DNA from: Eledone cirrhosa
Lineage: Eukaryota
Length of the DNA stretch: 64,000 bases
Reading direction: 5' to 3'
Assembly (NCBI GenBank): GCA_964016885.1
Contig: OZ024743.1
Location: 57,660,001-57,724,000, forward strand
Made by a program: the position numbers and the translations under genes. The notes under the pieces are model-generated. The model made no database searches. It was given only the letters and a program-made list of their open reading frames with translations, and had not been told where the DNA came from. Positions 1 through 13,095 of the stretch are shown here, one piece after another (the first letter of the stretch is position 1; every line of letters starts with the position of its first letter).

Positions 1-216
1 TATATAAGAAGAAAGTTTGACAAAAACTCATATATATTCGAACTGCTCACAGAAAGAAACACTAAAAAAAATGTAATATTTAATATGCGATAAACATAAC
101 ATGTACATAAATTGTAACGCATATACAGATAGATGTGTGTTTTGGTAGTTTTGGGAGAAAATATAATTTTTGGAGGGGGAGGGGGACATGCCCGCTCCCT
201 AGTTCCACCGCCACTG
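1..216. mobile_element. End of a probable non-autonomous DNA transposon ending in CCGCCACTG (reverse complement of a CAGTGGCGG terminus)
   Basis: Ends ...gttccaccgccactg followed by TA. Positions 104-190 resemble 9713-9796, so this is a dispersed repeat. Confidence 0.4.
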
Positions 217-1037
217 TATATATATATAATTAAAAAATATATACATTCTTTGTCCTTTCCTAGGGAGTTAATATATCGATCTTCTTCGCATTTTGTAAGA
301 AACTGATATTATACCCAATTTATTCAACTCCTATAAACTTTAGAGTAACAAAGTTCACCAACAGCCATAATAAATGAATGTATATATATACTCTAAAGTT
401 TCACCTGCGCACTCACAGGATCACCAGTTTTGTCTGGTGACTATGCAGGTGAGACTCCAGAGTAACAAGGCTTAGCCATAATAAATGAATATTTAAAGTC
501 TACGTTGGTATTGAGTTTTCATTCTTACGTCCGTCAATATTTCATGTAGTCAGATCTTGAATAATCGTCCCCCACCTTATTAATTTGGTAGATCTTTCCC
601 ACGCCCCTCCAGTTTTTATTCCCCACTCCGACCTGCTTATTAAATTTTGCTAATCTATCTCCTGCGAAATTTCATTGTGATACATATTAATGCAGCAGAG
701 AAACTAATAATTTTATTTTAAATTAAAAAAAACATCATCTCCTTATAATATATAACCAGCAATTTCTCTGTCTGTCTGTCCGACAGTGGAAACACGTGCG
801 CGCGTGGTTGCTATCTCTCTATCTCTCCAGCTATCCATCTCTTTTAGTCTGTCTGTTTCTCTCACTCTCACTCTTTCTCTTTGTAACACACTAACATTCC
901 TCCCCTCTATCGCTGTGACGAATGGGGAGATGGAGGAGGAGGAGGAGGAGGAGGAGGAGGAGGAGAGAGTCACTTCGTCACTTCACCTCTGCCTTTCTTT
1001 CTCTCCCCTCTCACTCCCTCATTACGTACAGACATTA

Positions 1038-1232
1038 GGGCGGTGGATTGGCAGAATCTGTAGAGAGTCGGACACCATGCTTCATAACATGGAGTTACGT
1101 CCCTTTACGGTCTGAGTTCAAATACCGCCGAGGTTAACTTTGTCTTTCATCCTCACGGGGTCGATAAAATAAAGTACCAGTAATGTACTGGGTTTTTGCT
1201 GGACTTGTGCCAAAAGTAGAAAAAATTATTAG
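1038..1232 (+). mobile_element. tRNA-derived SINE (octopus type, MetaSINE-like core)
   Basis: A-box-like tggattggcagaatc, B-box-like gagttcaaatacc, then core ctttcatcctcacggggtcgataaaataaagtaccagt, which recurs at least 6 times in the window. Confidence 0.8.
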
Positions 1233-1344
1233 AAACATTGCTTCATTTTTACATATCTAAGCATTAGTAAAATAACTAATAATTTCAAAAGTAATTTTTC
1301 AATTCCAATTGTTATGAACAGCAAAACATTAATAATAATTTTGT

Positions 1345-1553
1345 TCTAAGAAATATATATCATTTCTGTGTGTGTAATATATATATATATACACATACAC
1401 AGAAATATATACACATTTCTGTGTGTGTAATATATATATACACACACAGAAATATATATATATACACACAGAAATATATATACATTTCTGTGTGTGTAAT
1501 ATATATATATATATATATACACACAGAGAAATATATATATATTTCTGTGTGTG

Positions 1554-1604
<51 letters not shown>

Positions 1605-1615
1605 GAAATATATGG
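1345..1615. repeat. Compound tandem repeat of self-complementary units (cagaaatatata...atttctgtgtgtgtaatata...cacacac)
   Basis: About 4-5 units of roughly 55-65 bp, directly visible. Confidence 0.8.
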
Positions 1616-1622
1616 GCATTTC

Positions 1623-1656
<34 letters not shown>

Positions 1657-1879
1657 CTTCCCTAAAACTCAAATGTAGGTGCTACATAAATATTACCTTC
1701 CCCTTCCTTTCTCCACTTTGGTACTACCAAGAGAAACACTGTCGCTATAGAAACATTACCTTCCCCTCTCCACTGACTTTGGTCACTGAGGCCGAGGGAA
1801 TCGCTGGTTGCTATAGAGACACCTTGCACAAGCCAGAAGTAACCACTTCGAGGCGGTTCTGACTTGACACCATGCCAAG

Positions 1880-2393
1880 TCTACTTATAATATATAATGG
1901 GCATTTCTCTGTTTGTTTGTCTGTCTGTCCGTCTGTAAAAAATGCCAAGGAAACAAATAGACCCGGTTTCAAATCACTATGCTTTTCAAATTCATTACAT
2001 TAATCTTTATTTATACGTTTCGCTTTACGAGTGTTTCGACTTACGAGTGTTTCGGCTTACGAGTGTTTCGGCATATCATTATATATAAACGTTTCTATTT
2101 CCATCGTTTTATCGTAAACGTTTATATATTTCCATCGTTATATCATAACGTTTATGTATCATAACGTTTATATTTCCGTCACTAATCTCTTTTTCTCCTT
2201 TTTCGTTTTAACATATATTTATTTCAAAGATTTCACCGTATAGATAACATATATATTTATACATGCATAAAAGACACACCGAGAGACGGTGAACATGTGG
2301 AGCCGAAAACATTTCTCATCCAAATCTCAACAATATCAGTATAAACACTAGATCTGCTAGCAGAAAACCGCCCACCGGGTGGTTTTCTGCTCG
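1880..2393 (+). mobile_element. Non-autonomous Helitron-like element
   Basis: 5' TC, (gtct)n tract near the 5' end, 3' hairpin agcagaaaaccgcc-cacc-gggtggttttctgct, ending CTCG (CTAG variant). Internal 16-bp triple repeat ttacgagtgtttcg. Confidence 0.55.
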
Positions 2394-3021
2394 TCTATAT
2401 ATATAAAACTGAGAATGTCTGTCTGTGTGTGTGTCTGTATCTGTGAGTTTGAATCCCTAAAACTCGAGAAGTACCCAACCGATTTTGTTCAAACTTTACA
2501 TGTGTATTACTTATGTTTCAGGGAGTGTTATGCACATAAAAATTCAACTCTTTGATCCCCTAGGTGAAAAACTGCGTTTTTTCAGCTTTTTATGGGTTTT
2601 TTGAGGCGTTACACCAGACCCATTTCCTTGGAATTGTAACTATGTATCAGTCAGTCTCTTCTTCATAACGTGAGCAAAGAAAATCCAAATTTTTTTATGG
2701 CCTAGGGCCCACATTAAGTGAAAAGCTTCATTTTTTTCAGCTTCTTAGGGCTTTTTTGGAGGCGTTTCGTCTAGCCGATTTTCCCGAAATTTCAAGGCAT
2801 ATTATGCACATAAAAAAGAATTAATTTTCTTGATTCCCTAGGTGAAAACCTGCATTTTTCCTGCTTCATCGAGGAAAATCTTAAAGATTATCCAGCTATC
2901 AGAGTATTCGGTTTATTTTCTTTACAAATTGTCCTGGCATGCAATTTTTCCACGATTAGGTCTGTTGGCGGCCCGCGTTCCAAAATACCTTATCCCGTGC
3001 AACGCCGGGTACCACTGCTAG
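2394..3021 (+). mobile_element. Non-autonomous Helitron (HINE/DINE-like)
   Basis: Starts TCTATATATATAAAAC followed by a gtct/gtgt tract. Ends with hairpin cccgtgcaacgccggg plus CTAG|T, canonical Helitron termini. Confidence 0.75.
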
Positions 3022-3149
3022 TATATGATAAAAGAAGAACCTTACAAGAAATTCCATATTTACGACGTACACTATACAATTACTGATTTCCCAAGCCCTC
3101 CACTATTATTGTCATCCCCCCTATTATTTGGGACCAGAGAGTGCTACCA

Positions 3150-3818
3150 AACTCTCCTCCTCTCTGTCTATTACACAACACTCTCTTTTAATCCCCCTCT
3201 CTGTATTTACTAAAACCAAACTTTACCTCTCTCTATATCTACCAATACACCACCTCTCTTATCTCACTCTATATATCTAAGACACTATCTCACTCTCAAT
3301 AAATATCTCTCCCAATCCGCCTCTGTATATCAATCATCCCTAACCCCTCACACTTTCTATATGTACTACACGGCACTCTCCCATTATCCCTCTTTGTAAA
3401 TCTACAACCATCAAATTCTCCCCCTCTCTATATCTAATACACAGAACTCTCTTCCAATCCCCCCTCTCTATATCAATTTAAACCAAACTCTCCCCCTCTC
3501 TGCATCAACCATACAACATACTCACCTAATACCACCCTCTATATCAATTAACACCAAACTCTCCACCTCTCTGTATCAACCATACAACACTCTCTATCAT
3601 TCCCTCTCACTCTATCCATCACTACTACACTCTTGTCCTCTCTATATCTATCAATACCTATCTCTATCAATCCTTTCACTTTATTCATTATCACCATACT
3701 CTCCCCTCTGTACATCAACCATACAACATCCCCCTCTATATGAATTAACACCAAACTCTCCCCTTCTCTATATTGACTACACGGTACTCTCTTTCAATAT
3801 CCCTCTCTATATCAATTA
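3150..3818. repeat. Degenerate CT-rich tandem repeat (ctctccccctctctatatcaa...), continuing at 9509-9796 after the LINE insertion
   Basis: The same unit motifs occur on both sides of the Tx1 element. Confidence 0.7.
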
Positions 3819-4019
3819 CCACTTGATATAGACGTGATTTACTTTGCTCCGGATTTTTACGGATTGTTGTAAAAAAAAACTGTGAGTTTATTGATCAATT
3901 TAATAACATTGTTTGGTTTAGCCCCTTGCCTTGGCCGTCAGACGTTAAGTCAACCAAATTTCGCCCCTTTCTGGGGCGAAATTTTCAATTTTCATCTAAA
4001 AACTGTAGACTTGGTGGCA

Positions 4020-5805
4020 ATGGATGCCATTTCCACCTCGCACACTGTCGTGAGTGCCACGCCCACTAAGAAAAGTGGTGGAGGGAAGGTAGGAGTACAA
4101 AGCTTGCAGCCGTCCCCCCTCGTATCATCGAAAAACGTGGAAAATATCGAAACCGCGAAACCAAACCCGGTAAATAATACCAGCACCAACAACAAGAACA
4201 ATGACAACAACACCACAACCAACAACTGCAACAATAGCAACACCAATATTACCAACAGTGACAGTAACACGAAAGACAACAACACCAAAACAACATTTGC
4301 ACAGACCGTAAAAAAAACGAACTATACACGCCAATAGACATAACAAATGCTAAACAACTATTACAAGACGCAAAACAATTCGTGATTTTTGGCGAAAACG
4401 GTGCTTTTAGCATCAATTCTTCACAGGAATTACGTAGAGAGGCTGTCCTGAAAACTGTGGTTTTCAGGACAATATCGAACGTAACAAGAAAACCAGCTCA
4501 ATTATCACAAAATGAAATTGTACTGGTTCTAAAAGACGCAATGAAGGACTTAACCTTCATACATAAAGGTAAACTGTTTGGTAGCATTTCGGTGCTGATG
4601 AACAACCAGTCAACAGCTCAAAAGTACTCGATAGCACCCATTGTGTCCCCCCACTTCACCTTTTACCCCACATACAGGGGAAAAAGGACACAAAGAATAA
4701 AAATAATGAGTATCACACCAAATGTAAACATTTGGTGGATACTATGTGGAATAATAAACTTTGACGAAGACAAGATAATTTCAATAGGAAAGTCCTCCGG
4801 GGGTGTATTTGGTGGGACCACCGTAGAAGTTCTGGTGCAAATGAGCCCAGAACGAATAGCGAATATCCCACAACGCGTGCCTTTGGACGGGCTAACTTAT
4901 ATAAACATTTCAGTGGAGGGAAGGCGGCCGTCATGTTACCACTGCTTAAGCAGGGGTCACCTGAGGGCTGCCTGTCCTCAATTAACGAGTAAAAAAAAAA
5001 GGCTCTTCTGCCAACCCCGAACACAACAGCACAGCCACCACCACCACCACCACCACCACCACCACCACCACAACAACACGGAAAAATAACAACACAAAAC
5101 ACTGTTCCACCCAACCCCTCCCCACCTAAAACAAATATAAAAGCAACCACAACAAAACCCCAAAATATACCCCTCCCCAACAACACGGAAGAGGACTCCG
5201 TATCAACGTCACCCAGTGACGACGAGGGAGAACCCTTTCAACAGGTGAAAAGGAAAAAAAAAAGGCACCACATTAACAAAAATGCCACAAACACACAACC
5301 ACCAGCACAAACAGAACAAACATCACAAATAAAAAAACCCACCCCTCCCCAAAACATAACACGTACTATAAAACGCAAACCCCCGCAAGAACAACAAACA
5401 AAAACAAACACAACACAACAAAAACTCTATACATACATTAACAAGAACAATAAAACGTTGATGAAAGCGATAGAAAATAACCCTTCGGTGGAAACCGAAG
5501 GGATCACTTTCACCTACGCAGCGAACAAACCGCACCTAATGATGATTAGGGTCCCAACGGAAACCTATGTAACTTTGAAAAAGAACCATCCAATGCATGT
5601 GGGGACCAACTGCACCAAACCACATAACAGCGTCCTATTGAGATGTTTCCCCACCCCCACACCAGACACCCACACCCCACCAAACACCCTAATCCCACCA
5701 CACACTGATGTCCTCACCCCACCACAAACCACCACCCCACCAAACAACCCTTCCAACACCCCCATGGAAATTGTGCAGCCTGGTCCCCAGGAGACGAAGA
5801 GGTAA
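4020..5805 (+). pseudogene. Tx1-type ORF1 (gag-like, zinc knuckle), frameshifted
   Basis: ATG at 4020; CYHCLSRGHLRAAC knuckle at about 4933-4975; split into three ORF pieces at or near A-homopolymer runs; stop TAA at 5803-5805. Confidence 0.8.
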
Positions 5806-5847
5806 GTAATTTCCTTTCCTCTTCCTTTTTACCTCTTCAGCACCAAC

Positions 5848-8800
5848 ATGGCCAATATAAGAGTTGGATGTGTGAATGCACGCGGCTTGGGGATGTCCTG
5901 GAAACAGGGCAAACTCTTAAATGACCTCAGGTCGCACAGAGTGGATGTAATGGTTATTTGCGAGTCCAGGATCAGCAGCGAGCGCCAACTGGCCCCCATC
6001 TTCGACGACTTTGAGATCTACGCATCTCTCTGTCAGCCGAGGGGTGGGCGTGGGGTTGTCGTTCTGCTGCGAAAATACCTGGGTCCTGCCACACAGAAGG
6101 TACACCTGGACCCGGAGGGTCGACTGGTGGTTTTAGACGTCGGCAGTGGTGAAGGTGGAGCTTTCAGGCTGGTGGCAGCGTATGCCCCATCGGGGACACC
6201 GCGACCGGACTTCTTCCGACGCCTGGAGAATTTCCTGGGAACGTCTCGCTCCTTGCTTTTAGTGGGGGACTGGAATGGTATCCTGGATGCACGTTGGGAC
6301 TATGTAGGGGCATGTCCCGATAGAGGGGGGGGGTGTAACAGCCTCAAACGATTAATCGGCCGATTTGATCTGGCCGATAGATATCGACTGGATTTTCCGA
6401 CTGTGCCACGGTGGACGTGGAGTAATCGCAGCGGAACATCCAGGTCGTACCTAGATAGGTTCCTAGTTAGAAATAAGGATAGGGACATATTAAGCTGTCC
6501 ACGAATGTTCATGGTTGACTATTCGGATCACAAGTTGTTGACCGGAGTGGTCAACCTTGATAGAACTCATAGAGAGGGACCCGGTTACTGGAAGCTAAAC
6601 TTGTCGTTACCGACAAACAAAGCTTACAGTAAGCGGATTAGCACACTAGTTAAGCAGCGTTTGACGGGGGCAATTGTCAACAACAGGTGGTGGGGCTCTC
6701 TCAAGAGAGAAATTAGAATAGAATCGATAGGTTTTAGTCGGGAATTAGCATCAGAGGAATAGAACTGAAAGGGAATTAACAAATAGAGTAGAAGAGGCGA
6801 TTAGGAGTGGCAACGTGGCCGGCGTGCTGGCATCAAGAACGGCCCTAGGCCAGTTCTTTGATGCGAAGCACGAGGGCTGCGTTGTCAGGAGTAAAATACG
6901 TGCTCTGGGTAACGAGGGAGCCAAAGCTGTTAGCTGGGCCCAAGTGATAGAGGCAAAAAGTGGAAACAAGTCCACGATTCGGTCTTTGAAGGACCAGGAT
7001 GGGCGCGTGATCCTTGAACCTGAGCGGATGAACGCGGCCTTTCAACGGCGCTTTGCACGACTGTTCGGGAGGAGCGGCGGACCGGGTGGGGCCATGGATT
7101 TCGGTCCATACCTCGACGGTCTGGCGCAGCTCTCGGACGGGGAGGCGAAGACCTGCGAGAGGCCGATTTCAGCCGCTGAAATAGGGGAAGCGCTGAGCCA
7201 ATGCGGCAAACGCAAATCTCCGGGTCTCGATGGTCTACCATACGAACTTTATGTAGCGATGCCGGGCTTGTTCTCCGGTCTCCTCGAGTCGGTCTACTGC
7301 AACTGGCAACAGAACGGGAGAATTCCCAGTTCTGTGACCAAGGGCGTAGTCACGCTGGTGAGGAAGGACGAGAACAAGGGGGATGACATAGATAACTTCA
7401 GGCCCATAACTCTGCTAAACACAGAGTTAAAGATTTTGGCCAAGGTGTTAGCGAAGAGGTTGGCGCTTGTCGTCGGGAACCTGGTGGGAGAAGCGCAGAC
7501 ATGCGCAATCCCGTCCAGGTCCATACACGACAACCTCCACCTCATGCGATACATCGTAGAGAGGGTAGGGAACGAACCCGGCTTTGGTGGGGCCCTGATC
7601 AACTTGGATCAATCTAAAGCGTTCGATAGGATTGACCATCGGTACCTGGATGCGGTGCTCGCGGCGGTAGGCTTCGGACCCGTTTTCAGGGGCTGGATTG
7701 CTGCAATGCACAACAGCAACACCTGCTCGAGGGTCAAGGTGAACGGCTACCTCTCGGAGCCGTTCCAAATCACACGATCCTCCCCTCCCTCCTGTATGTG
7801 CTTGCTCTCGAGCCACTACTGAGGAGGCTGGAGCTGTTGCAGGGCATCCCCTTGGAACCGGGATTGTGGAAAGCGGTGTCGGCCTACCCCGATGACGTGA
7901 CAGTAATGGTGTCGTGCGCCTCGGAAATCGGGCAGATCGGCACCTTACTGGAGGAATATGAAAGGTTCACAGGAGCCAAGCTGAACCGGGACAAGTCCGT
8001 CGGTTTGCAACTCGGGACGTGGAGGGGCAAAACGATGCCCTCCGACGGCATCGTCGGACGCTGGACGGAGGGATCGGTGAAGCTGCTCGGGTTCTGGTTC
8101 GGACCGGACCTCCAGGTGGAGAAAAACTGGGACGAGGTAACGGGCAAGGTGTTTGCACTCGCCGAGAAGTGGGCCGAGTGCAAACTATCCCTGAAATGTC
8201 GAGCGGAGGTGGCGAACGCTTATATAGCGTCCGTCATCTACTACCGCTTGACCGTCGTGCCTTGCTCAGAGAAAACACTCGCCAAAATGGAGCGCGCGCT
8301 CTTCCGATTTCTTTGGAAGAAGCGGGCTCCTTTGGTGAGAGGATCCATCTGCTGTCAACACCCTTCGAACGGAGGGCTGGGGAAGCCGTGGCTGACGATG
8401 CGTAGACACGCATTAAGGCTACGGCACCTCCAGGTATTCCTCACCGGTCAGCCGGTGTGGGCCCTGTTTGTGAGGCGAGCCTTTCCGAGACTCGTCTCAC
8501 TCACCGAGCTGCAATCCTGGGTCAAGCAAAGACCGAGAAAAGTGGGCGACTGGCACATTGAATGTGCCCAGGAGCTCACGGCCCTCTGGCAAGCGGATCC
8601 GACAATCAGTGGAGACTCAACCTCAACATTCTATAGAGGGTTGGTGCGCAGTAAGTGCGACGACGCTCTCGGAGAGGCTCTTGGCATGGAGGAAGACGAG
8701 CTGGCCAGTCTGTTCGGTAGGACGTTTGGCTCGGGACCGATGGACAACTTCCAAAAGTCCCTGGCTTGGCAATGTTACCGAGGAGCTCTACCCGTTCGGA

Positions 8801-9267
8801 ATAAGCTCTACAGACACGGGCGCCCGGGTAGGGACCCCTCGAAGAAGATCTGTCCAAGATGCGTGCGTGACGAGGAAACCGTCGCACACGCATTCGTACA
8901 CTGCCCGGGCGTTGCTGACCTGTGGGGCTATGTAGAACGACTACTGTCGAGGGTGGGACCAATCCGGTTGATCACCGAGAACATTGTCACAATCAAACCG
9001 CCTCCCCTTTTCAAAAACGAAGGAGAGGCGGTTTTCCTCTGTGTGATAGCCATGGCGAAAGAAGTTGTATGGTGGACAAGGTTGAAAAGGCTGAGGTCAG
9101 ACACCTTTCTCTCCGGCCAACAACTGGTCTTTTTTTTCAAGTACCACTTTAGAAGAAAGATCAGAATGGAGAGAGAGGTGCTCTACCCCAGCAAGTTTTA
9201 TGAAAGATGGGTGAAAGTAGCGAGAATGGCCCGAGTGAATGGGCCTTCTCTCTATATCAGCCTCTAG
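5848..9267 (+). pseudogene. Tx1-type ORF2 (APE endonuclease, reverse transcriptase, C-terminal zinc finger), disrupted
   Basis: APE motifs GCVNARGL, VGDWN, SYLDRF, SDH. RT motifs KSPGLDGL, NFRPITLLN, LDQSKAFD, YPDD. C-terminal CPRC..ETVAHAFVHC. Breaks at about 6760 and about 7790, where the QG motif is deleted. Confidence 0.93.
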
Positions 9268-9899
9268 GTGAGAGAGGAGAAGAATGAGAAGAGGAAGGAA
9301 GCACCCGCTCTTTATGCTCCTGAAGAGGAGGGTTGCACATTTTTTCGGGGGTGTGTGCGACCCATGTCAACGCCCCTCCCTATTGAGGACATCGATTGTT
9401 AAATTTAATTTGTTATATGTTTTTTACACGTCTTTTTAAATGTATGTAAACTCCCCCCTTTGTATTTGTCCCAATCTTTGATGCCCTGGTGGTAAATAAA
9501 TAGAAATATATATCAATTAACCGCACACTATCCCTCTCCGTTTATCTACTACACGGAACTTTCTTCAAATTCCTCTCTCTTTATCAATAAACATAATCTC
9601 TCCCCCTCTCTATATCTAATATATAACGCACTCTCCCAACCTTCCTCTCTATATCAAATACCACCATACTCTCCCCCTCTCTATATCTATATCTATCTCT
9701 CCCATCTGTCTCTACATAACTTGTAGCGCATATACAAATAGATGTATTTTGGTAATTTGGGGAGAAAATATAATTATTGATGGTGGTGGGGCACATCTAT
9801 TTGGTTTAGCAGCCTCCTATGATGTTATATCTCATAAGAAATTCATCGGGTATGTTAATGATAGGGTTCCCTAGTCCTATGCCTGTCCATTGCCGACGT

Positions 9900-10062
9900 T
9901 AAGCCCTCAGTTTATGTTGGTACTCATTATTGTCAGCTGAGTGCACTGGAGTCAGGTGAAATGATGTATCTTACTGAAGGAAACAACACAGTACCCAGTG
10001 CGCCAATTGAACCCACTATGTTATAATAGTGACTCCCAAAACCTAATCACTAAACACGTACC
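9900..10062 (-). mobile_element. tRNA-derived CORE-type SINE, decayed
   Basis: actggagtcaggtgaaatgatgtatcttactgaaggaaacaac...ttgaaccc resembles the copies at 59900-60035 and 60700-60820. Confidence 0.55.
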
Positions 10063-10200
10063 ATCTTATTCATTGCCAACGTAAAGACAAAAATAGGCGT
10101 TCTTACGTTTATGTATAGATTGTGGTTAATAATATGGTAAGAAGAATCTGTTATAAGCGCCATCATTCTATTCGTAGAATGGTGGCGCTTATATAACAGA

Positions 10201-10511
10201 CTAGACCACCCGTGGCCCGTTGGGTCACGTTCACTTCAAAATATTAAAAAAAAAATCATGTTCGCTTAAAAATAATTTTTAAATAAGGAAAATATACACA
10301 GACATGTATATAATGTGAAATGAAACTGGAAGGCCCATATATATACATGTGTGTATGTATATATATAAATATGTGTGTTTGTATATATATATGCATTGTG
10401 TGTGTATATATATGTGGGTGTCTGTGATCTATATACACTGGTCATAGACACACACACACACATATATATATATACACACACACTCATATATATATACACA
10501 ACATCATCACC

Positions 10512-10559
<48 letters not shown>

Positions 10560-10679
10560 CTCTCTCTCTTCCATTCTCCTTCTCTGTCTCCTTTCCCTCT
10601 CTCTATGTCTCTCTTTCAATCTACTCTCTCACAACCACTATCTCTTTCTCTCTCTTTCTTTCTCTCTCTTCTCTCTCTC

Positions 10680-10749
<70 letters not shown>

Positions 10750-10948
10750 CTCTCTGTTTACCGGGAAAAAACCCCAAATCTCGGGAACCCGTGGTCCGTT
10801 TTACGCGAAACTTGTTTTATTCGATTTGTATTCCCATTTCAGGGTCAACTTCCTTTGAAAGAATTTTCCCATTATGCGCCCTTTTTACTGTATTACATTA
10901 CAGACAGGTAAACAAGCAAGCAATCACAGACTTTTAGTAATATATAGA
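10201..10948 (-). mobile_element. Non-autonomous Helitron
   Basis: The minus strand starts TCTATATATTACTAAAAG and ends with a gtgacccaacgggccac hairpin plus CTAG, inserted between A and T. Same family as 51850-52770. Confidence 0.8.
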
Positions 10949-11413
10949 TAGATGTGTTTCTGCCTACTTTATCTAATGTGTTCCTTTCTTATTTAAAACG
11001 GTATGGTTGAGAGATCTGGCTGCTGTTTCTAGCTGGTCAGGTCATGTACCCACATGTGTATTCCAAGATGTTGATGTTGTTGTTGTTGTTGTTATCGTTG
11101 GACTAAAATGGCAGAAAGACGTTAATGGTCTCTGAGCCAGTTTATTGTGACATAAAAAAATACACAACAAAATCGAATATCCAACCATTTAAATAAGATG
11201 ATAACATAGATTAATGTATATAAAAAGATAAGAATGTGCCAAATAAACATTCTTATAAAAACCTGAGGAATTCCATAGATTATTTTGAGAAAACATCAAT
11301 AAAATACTGCAATAACAGTCTTAACTGAGGAAGACAAAACTCAGTTATGGAGGATGTAGATATGACATGCTTTTTTTCTACGGAGAATTAATGAGAATAT
11401 TATGCTTTCTATA

Positions 11414-11471
<58 letters not shown>

Positions 11472-11501
11472 GTTGCTGCTGCTGCTACCACCACCACCGC
11501 C

Positions 11502-11551
<50 letters not shown>

Positions 11552-11557
11552 TGCTAC
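11414..11557. repeat. (TAC)n/(CAC)n trinucleotide microsatellite
   Basis: Directly visible. Confidence 0.95.
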
Positions 11558-11917
11558 TCGAGTGCTACTGTCTTTACCAACCCCAAAAGGATGAAAAGAT
11601 AACTGGACTTCGGGGAAATTTGAACTCAAAATGCAGAGATTCTGAACAAATATTCTACGCTCTAATGACTCTGCGAATTGACAGCCTTGTATACAAAGAA
11701 AACATAAAAATATATTAGATTATAAGATTCTTGCGAGAAGGAATCTGTTTATATGGACAAAAAACAAAAAAAACATCTGCTAGAATAATTATCTTGAAAA
11801 ACCAAGATTGATAAACAAAACTGCAAATATTTGACATCTGATCGTCCTGTCGACTTTTACACTATGTAACATATTCCTCCTCCTCCTATTCCTCCTCCCC
11901 CCTCCTCCCCCTCCTCC

Positions 11918-12530
11918 TTCTTCTTCTTCTTCTTCTTCTTCTTCTTCTTCTTCTTCTTCTTTGGTGGGTCATGGGGTTGAATCCTCAAACACTCCTTCCA
12001 CCAGGTCCTGTCAGAAGCAACCATCTCCAATTGATCCGACAGGATCCCCAAGCGAGATCAGCCAAGCTGATGGATGTTATCCAACCATCTTGCTTGGGAT
12101 CTATACCTGGGCCCCTTGCCAGTAGGTTTTGTCTGTAAAATCTGGCCAGTGATTCTTTTCTGAGACTTTCTAACCACATGCCCATAGTGTCGGAGATGTG
12201 ATCTCTGAATTCGGAGAAGTAATGGCTCTACATGGAGCGACTCTCTGATTTCCGAGCTACGTACTCTACCGTGTAACGTTACTCCGAAGTCCTCAATTGG
12301 TTTTTACCTGTAAAATCTGGCCAGTGATTCTTTCCTGAGACATTCTAGCCTCATGCCCATAGTATCGGAGCTATGATATCTGAATTCGGAGATGTAACGA
12401 TTCTAGCTGACGCAACTCTCTGATCCCCGAGCTACGCACTATATCAAGTAACGTTACTCCAAAGATCCCAGTTGGTTTTGCCTGAAAAATCTGGTCAGCG
12501 ATTCTTTCCTGTGACATTCTAACCACATAA
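11918..12530 (-). mobile_element. RTE-clade LINE 3' fragment with (GAA)n tail and internal ~175-bp triplication
   Basis: Homologous to 62180-62800. The motif aaaatctggccagtgattctttt recurs at about 12137, 12312 and 12486. Tail (ttc)n at 11918-11961. Confidence 0.75.
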
Positions 12531-12669
12531 TACATAAAATCTTATAGAGTTTCATGATCAAAATTATCATGATACCGTTGGGATACGAAAGTGTATGACA
12601 TGTTGATAGTAAAAATAATATAGCAAACAAAGCTGGAATTATATTAATAATTGATAGAGCAGCGGATAA

Positions 12670-13030
12670 AATGTCATTGTGGTATTTGTTCTGGCTGTTT
12701 ACATTCTGAGTTCAAATCTTATCGATGTCAACTTTGACTTTCACTCCTACCCACATACCGGAGACGATAAAATAAAGTACCAATCAAGTACTAGGGTTAA
12801 TTTAATCAACTTTGCCCATTCTTCAAATTTCCTGGCATTATGTCATTGGCAGTATCGATAGAGGGTCGGACGCCATGCTTTGCAGCAAAGAGTTACGGCC
12901 CTTTATGATCTGAGTTAAAATCCCGCCAAGGTTAACTTCGCCTTTCATCCTTACGGGGTCGATAAAATAAAGTACCAGTAATACACTGGGATAATTGCTG
13001 GCCTTTTGCCAAAAGTAGAAACAATTATGT
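12670..13030 (+). mobile_element. Two adjacent octopus-type SINE copies
   Basis: gagttcaaat...gataaaataaagtacc core occurs twice (about 12770 and 12960). Confidence 0.75.
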
Positions 13031-13095
13031 CTAAATTAGAAATCAATATTTTGACAAGGGCATAATCTTTAATAAAGAAGCATCTCATACACATG

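Larger units (their letters stand above)
3819..9508 (+). mobile_element. Near-full-length Tx1/L1-clade non-LTR retrotransposon with 11-bp TSD
   Basis: ORF1 with CCHC knuckle; ORF2 with APE, RT and zinc-finger domains; 3' aaataaatagaaa end; TATATCAATTA at 3808-3818 and 9509-9519. Confidence 0.93.

Noticed and set aside
1038-1232. tRNA genes at SINE heads
   Set aside because: Only degenerate A/B boxes fused to SINE bodies; no complete cloverleaf.
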